DNA of 44,273 nucleotides from a virus (taxonomy: Duplodnaviria > Caudoviricetes), in the IMG/VR virus record IMGVR_UViG_3300033405_000935, positions 1 through 44,273 of that record. One strand, given 5' to 3'. The position numbers and the translations under genes are program-made. Below the pieces are notes generated by a model. The model was not told the DNA's origin, did not search any database, and was given only the letters and a program-made list of their open reading frames with translations. How positions within the stretch are numbered: position 1 is the stretch's first letter; the number at the start of each line of letters is the position of its first letter. This document shows positions 25,452-33,991 of this stretch, piece after piece.

Positions 25452-25841
25452 ATGGGTGAGAAAGAACGTGAGATGATCAAGGAGCGCCTGCGGAGCCTCA
25501 CGGAGGACCAGCGGCGGTTCCGTATCAACGCGGGGCAGGGTTGGGTTGCGTCGCCACGTGAGACGCTCGTCGTATCGCGGCCGCGCGTCGTGTCAGTCGG
25601 TCCGGGTGACGTGATCCTACACCGCGCGCGGCCATTCATCGGCGCGCCGGAAGGCTGGTCCGACCTGGTCGGGATTGACTCCGTTGTGATCCGCCCGGAG
25701 GACGTGCCGCCCGAGGGGCTGCGCGTCGCGGTGTTTGTCGCCGAAGAATTTAAGACCAAGGGCGTGCGGCTGACCGAGGAACAGCGGTTATTCGGCGACA
25801 TGGTGACCGGGCTCGGGGGACGGTTCGAGGTCATGAGGTAA
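25452..25841 (+). CDS. VRR-NUC (PD-D/ExK) nuclease, probable Holliday junction resolvase
   Basis: FRINAG, GWSDLVG, EFKT...RLTEEQ..F...V..LGG. Confidence 0.85.
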   Translation: MGEKEREMIKERLRSLTEDQRRFRINAGQGWVASPRETLVVSRPRVVSVGPGDVILHRARPFIGAPEGWSDLVGIDSVVIRPEDVPPEGLRVAVFVAEEFKTKGVRLTEEQRLFGDMVTGLGGRFEVMR

Positions 25842-26274
25842 TTTCCCATAGCGTTTTCTGCCCTGTCGGCGCCTTGTCTATGCGTGGGCGACTAGGGCAA
25901 TTCCAACTCCCGCCTTTCGTCTTGCCTATTTCACGGAAGCCAGCCGCGCATAAGCTAGTCCCCGGCTCCTCGACGAGGGTATAGGTCACAATACGGCGAT
26001 ACCCCATCGCGCGAGCGGCTCGCCATGCGGCGGCATAGAGCATCGAGGCGGCCATCTTCGTTCCGTCCGTACAGCACCTAGTTACCTCGGCCGTATAGCC
26101 GTTATCGAATGATCTCGCAATTGGGCGGCCAACAACTATTACGCCAACAATTTTGTCACCATCATTTACCGCAATAGAGAATTTATGCGAAACAGTGGGA
26201 TGATGATGCCGATGGTAGAGACGTATAAACTCAGATGCCTCCGCAAAAGTTACTGGCTGCAATTCGAGCTTCAT
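25831..26274 (-). CDS. XF1762-family (GNAT/Mom-like) protein
   Basis: A.EFI..YHRHH, VGVIVVGRPIAR, EVTRCCTDGT..AASMLY.AAWRAARAMGY, EPGTSL.AAGF; AT-richer. Confidence 0.75.
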   Translation of the reverse strand: MKLELQPVTFAEASEFIRLYHRHHHPTVSHKFSIAVNDGDKIVGVIVVGRPIARSFDNGYTAEVTRCCTDGTKMAASMLYAAAWRAARAMGYRRIVTYTLVEEPGTSLCAAGFREIGKTKGGSWNCPSRPRIDKAPTGQKTLWEITS

Positions 26275-28154
26275 ACCACCGCCTCCCCTTCCTTCTCTTT
26301 GATTCCCTTCTTGATGTCCTGCTGTTTATGCCAGGCCCAGCCGCGCTGGTAGCCTTTCTGTCTGGCGATCTCGTACAGCAGCGGCACGTTGACCGTCAGC
26401 CGGTCGCCATGCCCAGTCTCGTGCCGCCGCTTGTTCTCCGCCTCGGTCAGGTGCCAGTACACCCACATGGGCGCGTGCCCAAGTTCCTCGGCCACGGCCA
26501 AGAGTTCCCCGATCGGTCCGGGAGCGATTTCGCCCTCAGGCGCGGCCAGAGCCTCGTCCGTCGCGCGCCCGATGCGGTCCTGGACCTCGCGGCGCTCCTC
26601 GGGCTCAAGGTCGGCCATGTGCGTCGGCCCCTTGCGCTCCTCGAGCTCGGTGTCCACGACCTTGAAGACCTCTTGCCGGGGGTCGATCTCGCCAGGCTTA
26701 CGTTTATCGCAGCCGGCGCAGGTCGGGCGGTCGCAGTACTGGTAGTCCAGGTGTGGGCACAGCCGCAGGGCGTCCTTATCGACCTTGGCGCGCTTGCGGC
26801 GGGTGACGCCCTTGAAGTTCCAGTCGAGGTCGTCGACCTTGAAGAGCGGGACGCTAGGGTAGCGCTGGTCCTGGTGTTCCAGAATCATATTCACGTGGTC
26901 GAAGAAGAGCGCCTCTTTTTTTTCGTACTCGACGATCATGCCCTTCGCATGGCAGGCAGGGCACTCGGAATAGAACCCCTCGGCGACCTTCCCACAGACC
27001 GGGCAGCGCATTCGGATATACGGCCGCAAGATCCGCCCGACCATCTGAAAGTACAGCGCCCGAGAGAGCGTGGGGCGCAGACTGAAGCCATACTCGACGC
27101 GCGGCACGTCGAGGCCGTAGGTGGTCAGGTCGCAGGAGGTGAGGCCATCGAGCGCGCCGGAGCGGAGGCCATCGATCAGGCCCCGCCGCTCCTTCATGCC
27201 CATGGTCCCGTCGATGCTCATTACCCGGAAGCCCGCGTCCCGGAAAGCCTTCGCGACCTCCTCGGCCGCATGGACACTGCGGCAGAAGCCGAGGAACGGC
27301 TTGCGCGTGCCGTCAGCGTTGACGCCGTAGCGCTTGTAATAGTCCACGACGTCGCCATAGACCTTCTTGGCCTTGAGCAGGGCCTCGAGGTCGTCGGCGT
27401 CGACCTCGCCCGCTTTCCACTTGAGCTTATCGAGCCCGTCGATCGGCGGTGCGAAATACCGCAGCGGCGACAGGAACCCGCGCTCAGTAAGCCAGGGTAT
27501 GGACGGCCCCATGACGATCGTGTCATACGGGCCGCCCGCGCCGGACCAGAGCCCACGGCCATCCATGCGTTCAGGCGTCGCGGTCTGACCGACGACGAGC
27601 ATCTGGGGGAGCGCGCAGGTGCGCTTCTCGTAGACCGCTCGGTTCTGGCGATCGAGCTCCTTGAATACCATGCGCTCGCGGACTTCCGAGCGGTCGGCAT
27701 CGGCGGCGGCGATGATTTTCAGCTGCGCGTCCATGGCGATGTGGGCCTCGTCGAATACAAGAAGGTCTGGCCAATCCTTAATGCGCGCGAGCCGCCGGAG
27801 GAGCGTATCTTTCGAGACGACGTGGACGCGGAAGGCGCGTGACTCCTCGCGGCCCGCGGTTATGAGGCCATGGGGCACGCCCCACTTAGTCAGGTGGTTT
27901 GATCCCTGGTCGGCGAGTTCGTTCCGTGGCACGACGAACCAGACGCGGCGGCCCTTGAGGTAGGCGCTGCGGATGATCTCCGAGGCGACGGCGGTCTTAC
28001 CGCCGCCAGTGGGGAGCTGGACGAGGACGGAACGCACGCGGCGAGAGGCCGAAAAGGTCGAGCCGTCGGGCTTGAGGTACTCGCTTACCACGCGCCCGAG
28101 TGTCGCCGTGCGAGTGTTGACGACGAGCTCTTCCTGATATCCGCGAAGACTCAT
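26271..28154 (-). CDS. Superfamily II DEAH helicase with Cys-rich motifs
   Basis: LRGYQ, PTGGGKT, DEAH, TATP.R, GLDVP and QMVGRILR. Confidence 0.93.
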   Translation of the reverse strand: MSLRGYQEELVVNTRTATLGRVVSEYLKPDGSTFSASRRVRSVLVQLPTGGGKTAVASEIIRSAYLKGRRVWFVVPRNELADQGSNHLTKWGVPHGLITAGREESRAFRVHVVSKDTLLRRLARIKDWPDLLVFDEAHIAMDAQLKIIAAADADRSEVRERMVFKELDRQNRAVYEKRTCALPQMLVVGQTATPERMDGRGLWSGAGGPYDTIVMGPSIPWLTERGFLSPLRYFAPPIDGLDKLKWKAGEVDADDLEALLKAKKVYGDVVDYYKRYGVNADGTRKPFLGFCRSVHAAEEVAKAFRDAGFRVMSIDGTMGMKERRGLIDGLRSGALDGLTSCDLTTYGLDVPRVEYGFSLRPTLSRALYFQMVGRILRPYIRMRCPVCGKVAEGFYSECPACHAKGMIVEYEKKEALFFDHVNMILEHQDQRYPSVPLFKVDDLDWNFKGVTRRKRAKVDKDALRLCPHLDYQYCDRPTCAGCDKRKPGEIDPRQEVFKVVDTELEERKGPTHMADLEPEERREVQDRIGRATDEALAAPEGEIAPGPIGELLAVAEELGHAPMWVYWHLTEAENKRRHETGHGDRLTVNVPLLYEIARQKGYQRGWAWHKQQDIKKGIKEKEGEAVV

Positions 28155-28672
28155 GCGCGGGCGTTCCGTTTCGCATAGGCTAGAGCGGCAGATCGGTGGA
28201 TCTTGGGGTGGCAGCCCTCGCGCTCAGAGGCAAGCCTACCGTCATGAATCGCGGGATAAATCGCGTGGACAGTGAGTCCTATGAGTTTTGCGGCCTCGCC
28301 AACCGAGAGTAGCCTGTCATCGGGGTTTGGCTCTGACTTCGCAACGGGTGGCCGTCTTGGCTTCTCGGGCTCGGACGACTTAACCGGCCGTCCCGCGGTG
28401 TAGTCTGTGTCCTTGATGCCGAGCTTTTTCTCTAGGCGAGTGAGCTTGCGGGTGCGCCAGGCGTCAACGGCCATGTCGCCGAAATGGAGCCGCATCTGCT
28501 CGAGCATGATCTCGACGTCTGCACATTCCTCGAGGAGGTTTGCCTGCGCGTCGTCTCGACCGGGCTCAAGCAAGTGTAGAGCGGCGACCGCCAGCTCCGA
28601 GCATTCCTCGGCAAGCTTGCGGAGCTGCTGCTCGATTCCGTTGCGCTGGAGGACGAGCTGTTGGGCGGTCAT
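28151..28672 (-). CDS. MazG-like NTP pyrophosphohydrolase domain fused to an excisionase-type HTH
   Basis: KLAEECSEL...LEECADVEIMLEQ, then LLSVGEAAKLIGL....IY..I..GRL. Confidence 0.7.
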   Translation of the reverse strand: MTAQQLVLQRNGIEQQLRKLAEECSELAVAALHLLEPGRDDAQANLLEECADVEIMLEQMRLHFGDMAVDAWRTRKLTRLEKKLGIKDTDYTAGRPVKSSEPEKPRRPPVAKSEPNPDDRLLSVGEAAKLIGLTVHAIYPAIHDGRLASEREGCHPKIHRSAALAYAKRNARA

Positions 28673-29091
28673 TCCCCGGTCTCCTGCGAGCTGGAGGCGC
28701 GGTCCGCCTTACTCACTGCATTAGCGTAATCGAGGATCGCTCCGGATATATAACTGCGCGCCTCGGCTAGCTCGATCTGATCGTGTGCATAGGATTGGCC
28801 GAGGTTGATGCAGTAATCGACAATGGGGCCGAGTCCCTCGTCCAGCATGACCGGCATCTTCTGTTCGCGCAGCTCCTCGACGCCGGCCTCGATCGTGTCG
28901 GCGATCTCATGCAGGAGCCCCTTCATGCCCTCGTGGCGCTTCGCCACGCGCCGGAGCTGCTCGATAGCCTCGTCGAGCGTCATCGGCCCGAGGCCTGTAT
29001 CGTTCCCGTCCATACCATTGTCCTCCTTGTCATGCACGATTCCGCCGTCATCGAGCCCCCAGCGGATCGGGGCATCGAGGCCGTAGGCCAT
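28669..29091 (-). CDS. Hypothetical protein (start uncertain)
   Basis: TAATG coupling with the upstream gene; alternative internal RBS before MDGND. Confidence 0.6.
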   Translation of the reverse strand: MAYGLDAPIRWGLDDGGIVHDKEDNGMDGNDTGLGPMTLDEAIEQLRRVAKRHEGMKGLLHEIADTIEAGVEELREQKMPVMLDEGLGPIVDYCINLGQSYAHDQIELAEARSYISGAILDYANAVSKADRASSSQETGE

Positions 29092-29327
29092 TACCGCCTC
29101 ATGGGCGGCCGAGCGGCGGGGAGTGCGGAGCGTGGTGCGGCCTTTTGCGCCGTGATCTCCGCGTGGAGGCCATCGAGGATCTTGCAGAGCTGGTCCTCGA
29201 GCCAATGGACATAACCGTCTTCGATAACAACGTCCTTGGCATAATCAATGTAGGTTCGTACCGGCTTCCCGGTGGCCTTGTAATATTCGCGCGCGAACCT
29301 ACGCGCGGCGGTCTCTCGCTCGTTCAT
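29091..29327 (-). CDS. Hypothetical protein
   Basis: GGAGG RBS; ATGA coupling. Confidence 0.65.
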   Translation of the reverse strand: MNERETAARRFAREYYKATGKPVRTYIDYAKDVVIEDGYVHWLEDQLCKILDGLHAEITAQKAAPRSALPAARPPMRR

Positions 29328-29635
29328 TCATCCCTCCCCGTCATCGGTTGCGAGATGAGTGGCTCACCGGGGACATGCGCTCGGGGCTCCCGTGTGGTCG
29401 TCGCGCGGATCTCCGCTGCGAGGGCGATCGAGACGTCACCGATCTGTGGCTTGTGCTTACGCAGCGCCCGGTAGAGCATCCAGTACGAGATCCCCTTGCC
29501 GAGCGCCATAAGCTCATCGGCAGCGGTTCTGATCGAGGGGTATTCGCGGCCCTCGACCATGCACGGCCGAATGCGATTGTCTTCGCCATGGGCAACGCGC
29601 GCGCCTCCCCGGCGATCTGGTTGGGAATAATTCAT
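29324..29635 (-). CDS. NUMOD1-like DNA-binding protein
   Basis: VEGREYPSIRTAADEL motif. Confidence 0.55.
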   Translation of the reverse strand: MNYSQPDRRGGARVAHGEDNRIRPCMVEGREYPSIRTAADELMALGKGISYWMLYRALRKHKPQIGDVSIALAAEIRATTTREPRAHVPGEPLISQPMTGRDE

Positions 29636-30084
29636 CGGCTCGCCTCCATGACACGGTCGATATACTTCTGATTCGGCCCATGCTTCCGGACGCCGGACGG
29701 GCCTTGGTTATGGGCTGCTATCGCACGGGCCGGGGATCCTAGCTCGCGCAAATTCCGCATATATAGCTGTCCCGCTCGAATCGTCGATAGCTGAGGATCA
29801 CGCGGATCGAATGGGCCGAGGATCTCGCGGAAATATGAGAGGTACTTCGCGCGCCACTGGAAGCGGCCCATGCTCTCGCCATCGTCGCCGATGATGTCGT
29901 CTCGCTCTCCGGACTCGGCGCGGGCGAGGCCTCGCAGCGTCCGGGCTGGGGCTCCGGTCACGATCTCGGCCATGTCATAGACCGACCACCTGACGCAGGG
30001 GTCGCGCGGCGACGCCGGCCGCGGATGCGATGCGCAGGCGGAAAGGGCGAGCGCGGCCAGGATTATGATTGTTCTGTGACCCAC
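29632..30084 (-). CDS. Lytic transglycosylase (SLT) with lipoprotein signal
   Basis: GGAGGT + GTG; IIILAALALSA-C lipobox; ARAESG, GRFQ and AIAAHNQG SLT motifs. Confidence 0.8.
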   Translation of the reverse strand: MGHRTIIILAALALSACASHPRPASPRDPCVRWSVYDMAEIVTGAPARTLRGLARAESGERDDIIGDDGESMGRFQWRAKYLSYFREILGPFDPRDPQLSTIRAGQLYMRNLRELGSPARAIAAHNQGPSGVRKHGPNQKYIDRVMEASR

Positions 30085-32876
30085 TCGGGGACCTCCTCGG
30101 TTTCGAGCACGCTGGCGATATAGGTGCATTGGCGCGACTGCTCTGAAGCCATGGGCGTGAAACCCTGGACCTTCTTAGGCAGCGCAGAGGGATGACGCTT
30201 TAAGAGCTTCGAATAGCCTTTGCCGTAGCCTGTGATCTTCGTGATTGCGTGGTGGTTGTTCTGTATGCAGAGCTCGCCCGAGCGATTGACTCCTAGGCCG
30301 TAGCTCCATGCAGTCTGCTTGTAGCGGACAAGCTCGGTGCCCGAGAGTTCGGCGAGGATCTCTTCGCCGACCATGTCGCCGAAGATGGGCATCTTTCTGG
30401 TCTTGATCGCAATAAGGATTGAGCGCAGGGGCAGACTCTTGGAGCGGTCGCCAGTGATGGGGACGACCTCGTCGAGGAGCCGGTCGACCATGTCCTGGGC
30501 CTCGTTCGTGTTTGCCTCGGGCTTCTGCTGCTCGTAGGCGACCGCGAGGAATTTGCGCGCGGTTGCCTCGTCAGGCAGGCCACCCTTGAATACAATGTGA
30601 TACGCGGAAAATAAGATCGCCTCGAGGTAGGCATACCGTGTCGAGAGTCGTCCGACCTCCTCGCAGAGCGCCGAGAAGAAGTCAGCGCCCTCGATGATTT
30701 CGGCGAGGTGGGTCCAGGTGAACGCCCGGAGCGCGCGGCAGTTGGCTTCCGAGAACGCGGCTTGTACGCGGCGCTTGATCGGCTTCCACGCGTTTGAGCC
30801 ACCCTCAGCCTTGCGCATGTTTACGAAGAACAGGCGGTTCTTATCCGCGTTCGCGTTCACGATGGGCGAAATCGCCGCGAAGATGAACATCTTGCGCATC
30901 GTGAAGCTCATGCCCTGGCCGTCGATCGTGCCCTTCCAGGCTTTCGGGCTGTCATCTGACGTGGACTCGCGCATGATACTGAAAATCTCGTCGCGGTTGC
31001 GGCGCTTTTTTTCGGTGTCGTCGTCGGCTTCCTCGATGACGACCGGGCGACTCGAATACCGGTCATGCTGCCGCACGCCCGCGCCTGAGGATTCGCCACC
31101 CGTGCAAATATCCTCGTCTCCGATTGCGGCGCAGGGGCGGACAACCAGGTTCAAGGCCGTGGTCTTGCCTGATTCGGAATCGCCCGTGATCAGCCCGGAG
31201 GGACGCCAGGGGAGCGCGCCGCCAAAGCTGGCTAGGGCTGCCCAGGCCAAGAGCCGGGCGCAGTCGACCTGCGTCTCGAAGCTCATGGCCATGGCAGCCT
31301 CGACCATCTCACGCCGGAGCTCAATTGAGGCCTTGGCATCCTTGAGGCCGATATCCCGATACGCGCGCCTGAGGTAGACGCGAGCCTCGGCCTTCTCGCC
31401 GTGGATGTCGCGGCCATCGTTGTAGCAGAGGCGTCCGTCACGCTCGCGCCAGGCGCCTGTGCCGCGGATGACCTCGGGGTCGAAATCGACCGGCCCCGAG
31501 ACCTCGATGATCGCATCCGTGGCGTCATCCCACTGGACCTTGCCCTTGTGGCCGTAGTTAGAAGACCAGAAGCTCATGGGCGCGAGGACTTGCAGTTGGG
31601 ACTTGGTCAGCGTAGAGAGCTTGTACTTGGCGAGGCGGCCGGAACGGTCGATGAAATAGGTCTGCCCGTCGTCGGCTGTGCCCAAAATACGGAAGGGAAA
31701 GTCGCCAAGAGTTAGGGCGTCTCGCCCGGTCGGTAGAGGTGGGGCTGGGGGGCGTGGTGGTTGAATAGTTGTCCCGTTATCCTGCGAAGTAGACGACACT
31801 GTTCTCTCTGTCGCATTTGGGGGTAGATCGGAAGATAGGGGGCCGAGACTTGGTCCGCTTCTAATATATTCCGCCATCTCCTCCGGGCTTCGTATTTGCA
31901 GAGCCTCGACGATGTCCGCCCCCCCTGTCGGCTTGAGGGCCGCTGCCTCAGTGAGCGGCTCAACGATACGGACAGTGCAACCATAGTTTGCCTCCAGATA
32001 TTCTTTGAGTTCGCGGGCAGTCTTGCGCCCCTCGGGGTCGTCGTCCGGGTAGATGAAAACGCGGCGCCCTCGCAGGAGCTCCCAGTCGGCCAAGTGCCAC
32101 TTCTTGCCGCCCGAGTTCCAGCCCGAGTGAATGAATCCAGGTATCGCCTCGCCGCCGAGCAGCTCGCCTAGACCGAAGATGGACTTGGGGCCTTCATGAA
32201 TACATACGTCGGCCTCCGGCGTCCCCGCGAGCTTGTCCCGGTTGTATAGCGCGATGGGCGGGTTAGCCGACTTCAAGTGCTCGCCATCGAACCAGATCGT
32301 GAGGTATTTCTTTTTTCCGTCCTTAAAATCCTTAGCCGGGTAGCGGGCCTCGATGAATGCTACTTTTCCATCAGGGTCACAGTTGACCCACGTCCCCTCG
32401 AGAGCGGTCACTCCGCGGCCATTGACGAAGACCTTGGCAGGATCTTTGCCACCGAGGCCGAAGGACGCCATGCGCTTGATCTCGGTCTTCGTGTAGTACC
32501 GTTGCCCTTCCTTGCGGGTGAGCGAGACGGCCGTCGTATTCCGGGGCTGGCGACGAGGGGCCGGGGCAGGTTGCGCAGGCGCGGCCGAGAAGTCACCCAG
32601 CGTTGTCTTGACCTCCTCGATGACCTTGGGGAACTCGGAGGCGGAGGAGGACAGGCCCCCGAGGACGCGCGCGGCCTCGAAGATATCCATGCGGCAGCCG
32701 CAGGAGGCGCACCAGAGTGTTTCCTCGTAGACGACCATCGAGGGGTGTGAGTCCGCGTGCGAGCCCGATAGGCAGACGATACGGTCGGCATCGGTTGTCG
32801 TGATCTGGACGCCCCTGCGGACGAGATAGTCGCGTAGGCGGGGCTTATAGCGGGTCAGGTCCTCGCGCTCGATCAC
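30063..32876 (-). CDS. DNA primase-helicase (Zn finger + Toprim + P-loop ATPase)
   Basis: C...H.D..PS...CxxC; HEG.K and YPDDDPEG Toprim; GDSESGKTT Walker A; IEEAD Walker B; GTG start coupled to the upstream stop. Confidence 0.88.
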   Translation of the reverse strand: MIEREDLTRYKPRLRDYLVRRGVQITTTDADRIVCLSGSHADSHPSMVVYEETLWCASCGCRMDIFEAARVLGGLSSSASEFPKVIEEVKTTLGDFSAAPAQPAPAPRRQPRNTTAVSLTRKEGQRYYTKTEIKRMASFGLGGKDPAKVFVNGRGVTALEGTWVNCDPDGKVAFIEARYPAKDFKDGKKKYLTIWFDGEHLKSANPPIALYNRDKLAGTPEADVCIHEGPKSIFGLGELLGGEAIPGFIHSGWNSGGKKWHLADWELLRGRRVFIYPDDDPEGRKTARELKEYLEANYGCTVRIVEPLTEAAALKPTGGADIVEALQIRSPEEMAEYIRSGPSLGPLSSDLPPNATERTVSSTSQDNGTTIQPPRPPAPPLPTGRDALTLGDFPFRILGTADDGQTYFIDRSGRLAKYKLSTLTKSQLQVLAPMSFWSSNYGHKGKVQWDDATDAIIEVSGPVDFDPEVIRGTGAWRERDGRLCYNDGRDIHGEKAEARVYLRRAYRDIGLKDAKASIELRREMVEAAMAMSFETQVDCARLLAWAALASFGGALPWRPSGLITGDSESGKTTALNLVVRPCAAIGDEDICTGGESSGAGVRQHDRYSSRPVVIEEADDDTEKKRRNRDEIFSIMRESTSDDSPKAWKGTIDGQGMSFTMRKMFIFAAISPIVNANADKNRLFFVNMRKAEGGSNAWKPIKRRVQAAFSEANCRALRAFTWTHLAEIIEGADFFSALCEEVGRLSTRYAYLEAILFSAYHIVFKGGLPDEATARKFLAVAYEQQKPEANTNEAQDMVDRLLDEVVPITGDRSKSLPLRSILIAIKTRKMPIFGDMVGEEILAELSGTELVRYKQTAWSYGLGVNRSGELCIQNNHHAITKITGYGKGYSKLLKRHPSALPKKVQGFTPMASEQSRQCTYIASVLETEEVPEWVTEQS

Positions 32877-33031
32877 TGGCGGTCCTCGAACTCGAGCGAC
32901 ATTTGCCACCTGTTCCCGCCGCCCTTCTGCCAGCACTCGGGCCCAATTTCGCGCGCGACAGATTCGGGATCAGAGAGCCCATGCCCGCAAGCCTTGCAGC
33001 GACAGAGGACAGGATGCGCGCGGCGTTTCAC
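32873..33031 (-). CDS. Small zinc-finger protein (DUF6011-like)
   Basis: CKACGHGLSDPESVAREIGPEC; AAGGAG + GTG. Confidence 0.7.
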   Translation of the reverse strand: MKRRAHPVLCRCKACGHGLSDPESVAREIGPECWQKGGGNRWQMSLEFEDRQ

Positions 33032-33059
33032 GAATAGCTCTCCTTGTTTGATTTTGTGT

Positions 33060-33968
33060 TCATGCGAGGACGGCATCTTTTTGCTTCCAGCATTCCCATA
33101 CTTGGCGAGAGAAACAATTTTCAGCCTTTTTGCTTTCTGTGATTTCAATTTGTTTTAGAGGAGGGCTAAGATTTAACTGCAAGTTGTCAATAGCGATTGT
33201 TTCAACGCCTCGCAGATATGCGTCAACATGAACTTCCTTATCTGCTACATGCTTGCTATGACCATTAACAAAATGCAGAATTGCCTTTCGTCTATCCTCG
33301 TTTGACTTATCCCTCAATAGGCATAAATCTTTTATCTCTTTGTAGGAGGCCGGGAGGATAATGCTATTACTGCCATTTGATATTTCGGCGCACCATGTGG
33401 ATGCAGCCTGCTCGATGGCGGAGAGGTGCGCAAAATTAGCCCTATTATCTTGTAGGTGATCTTTTGCTTCCTGTCTTCTTAAAAAAGCCATATCCCTAGC
33501 GCCACGATAAAACTTATTATTTGCAAAGGCAAAATAGCCGCCGCTCTCGCCTTGTTTATTCTTTGTGTATGTTTCTACCCATATTGGTGAATTAATTTTC
33601 GCCGTGATTCTTGGAGGTCTTTGGATTGTTTTCATGATTGATAAGGCGTCATAAATTCGAACTGATAGATTTAACGCCAGAAGCATTTTTATATTAGTAA
33701 TAAGGCCAGAAGCCATGTCGGTAAAAAGGAAATCATCATCGCGCCCATTGTTCGGGAAGTAGATAATCTTTTTGGCTTTTATGTTTCGCGGAAAACTTTC
33801 GTCTATCTGGTCTTCGTATCGCCTAGGGTTGCGTGTGTTTTCAGTATCAGCGCCCCTGTATCCGGGAGCGAACCCAGAAAAATGTGCGTGTGGAACATTC
33901 TTAGCTATCGTTGAATTTTCGAGAATCTCGATACAGTCATCAAGTAGGACAATATTCCCATCGCTCAT
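33060..33968 (-). CDS. AT-rich hypothetical protein (moron-like)
   Basis: 302-aa ORF with AGGA RBS, sharply lower GC; C-terminal H.V.GH...V..YLRG motif. Confidence 0.75.
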   Translation of the reverse strand: MSDGNIVLLDDCIEILENSTIAKNVPHAHFSGFAPGYRGADTENTRNPRRYEDQIDESFPRNIKAKKIIYFPNNGRDDDFLFTDMASGLITNIKMLLALNLSVRIYDALSIMKTIQRPPRITAKINSPIWVETYTKNKQGESGGYFAFANNKFYRGARDMAFLRRQEAKDHLQDNRANFAHLSAIEQAASTWCAEISNGSNSIILPASYKEIKDLCLLRDKSNEDRRKAILHFVNGHSKHVADKEVHVDAYLRGVETIAIDNLQLNLSPPLKQIEITESKKAENCFSRQVWECWKQKDAVLA

Positions 33969-33991
33969 TTTCCTGGGCTCCTTTCCGAAAA

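Noticed and set aside
26235-27842. 535-aa + strand ORF
   Set aside because: Lies entirely opposite the helicase, which has all canonical motifs; shadow ORF
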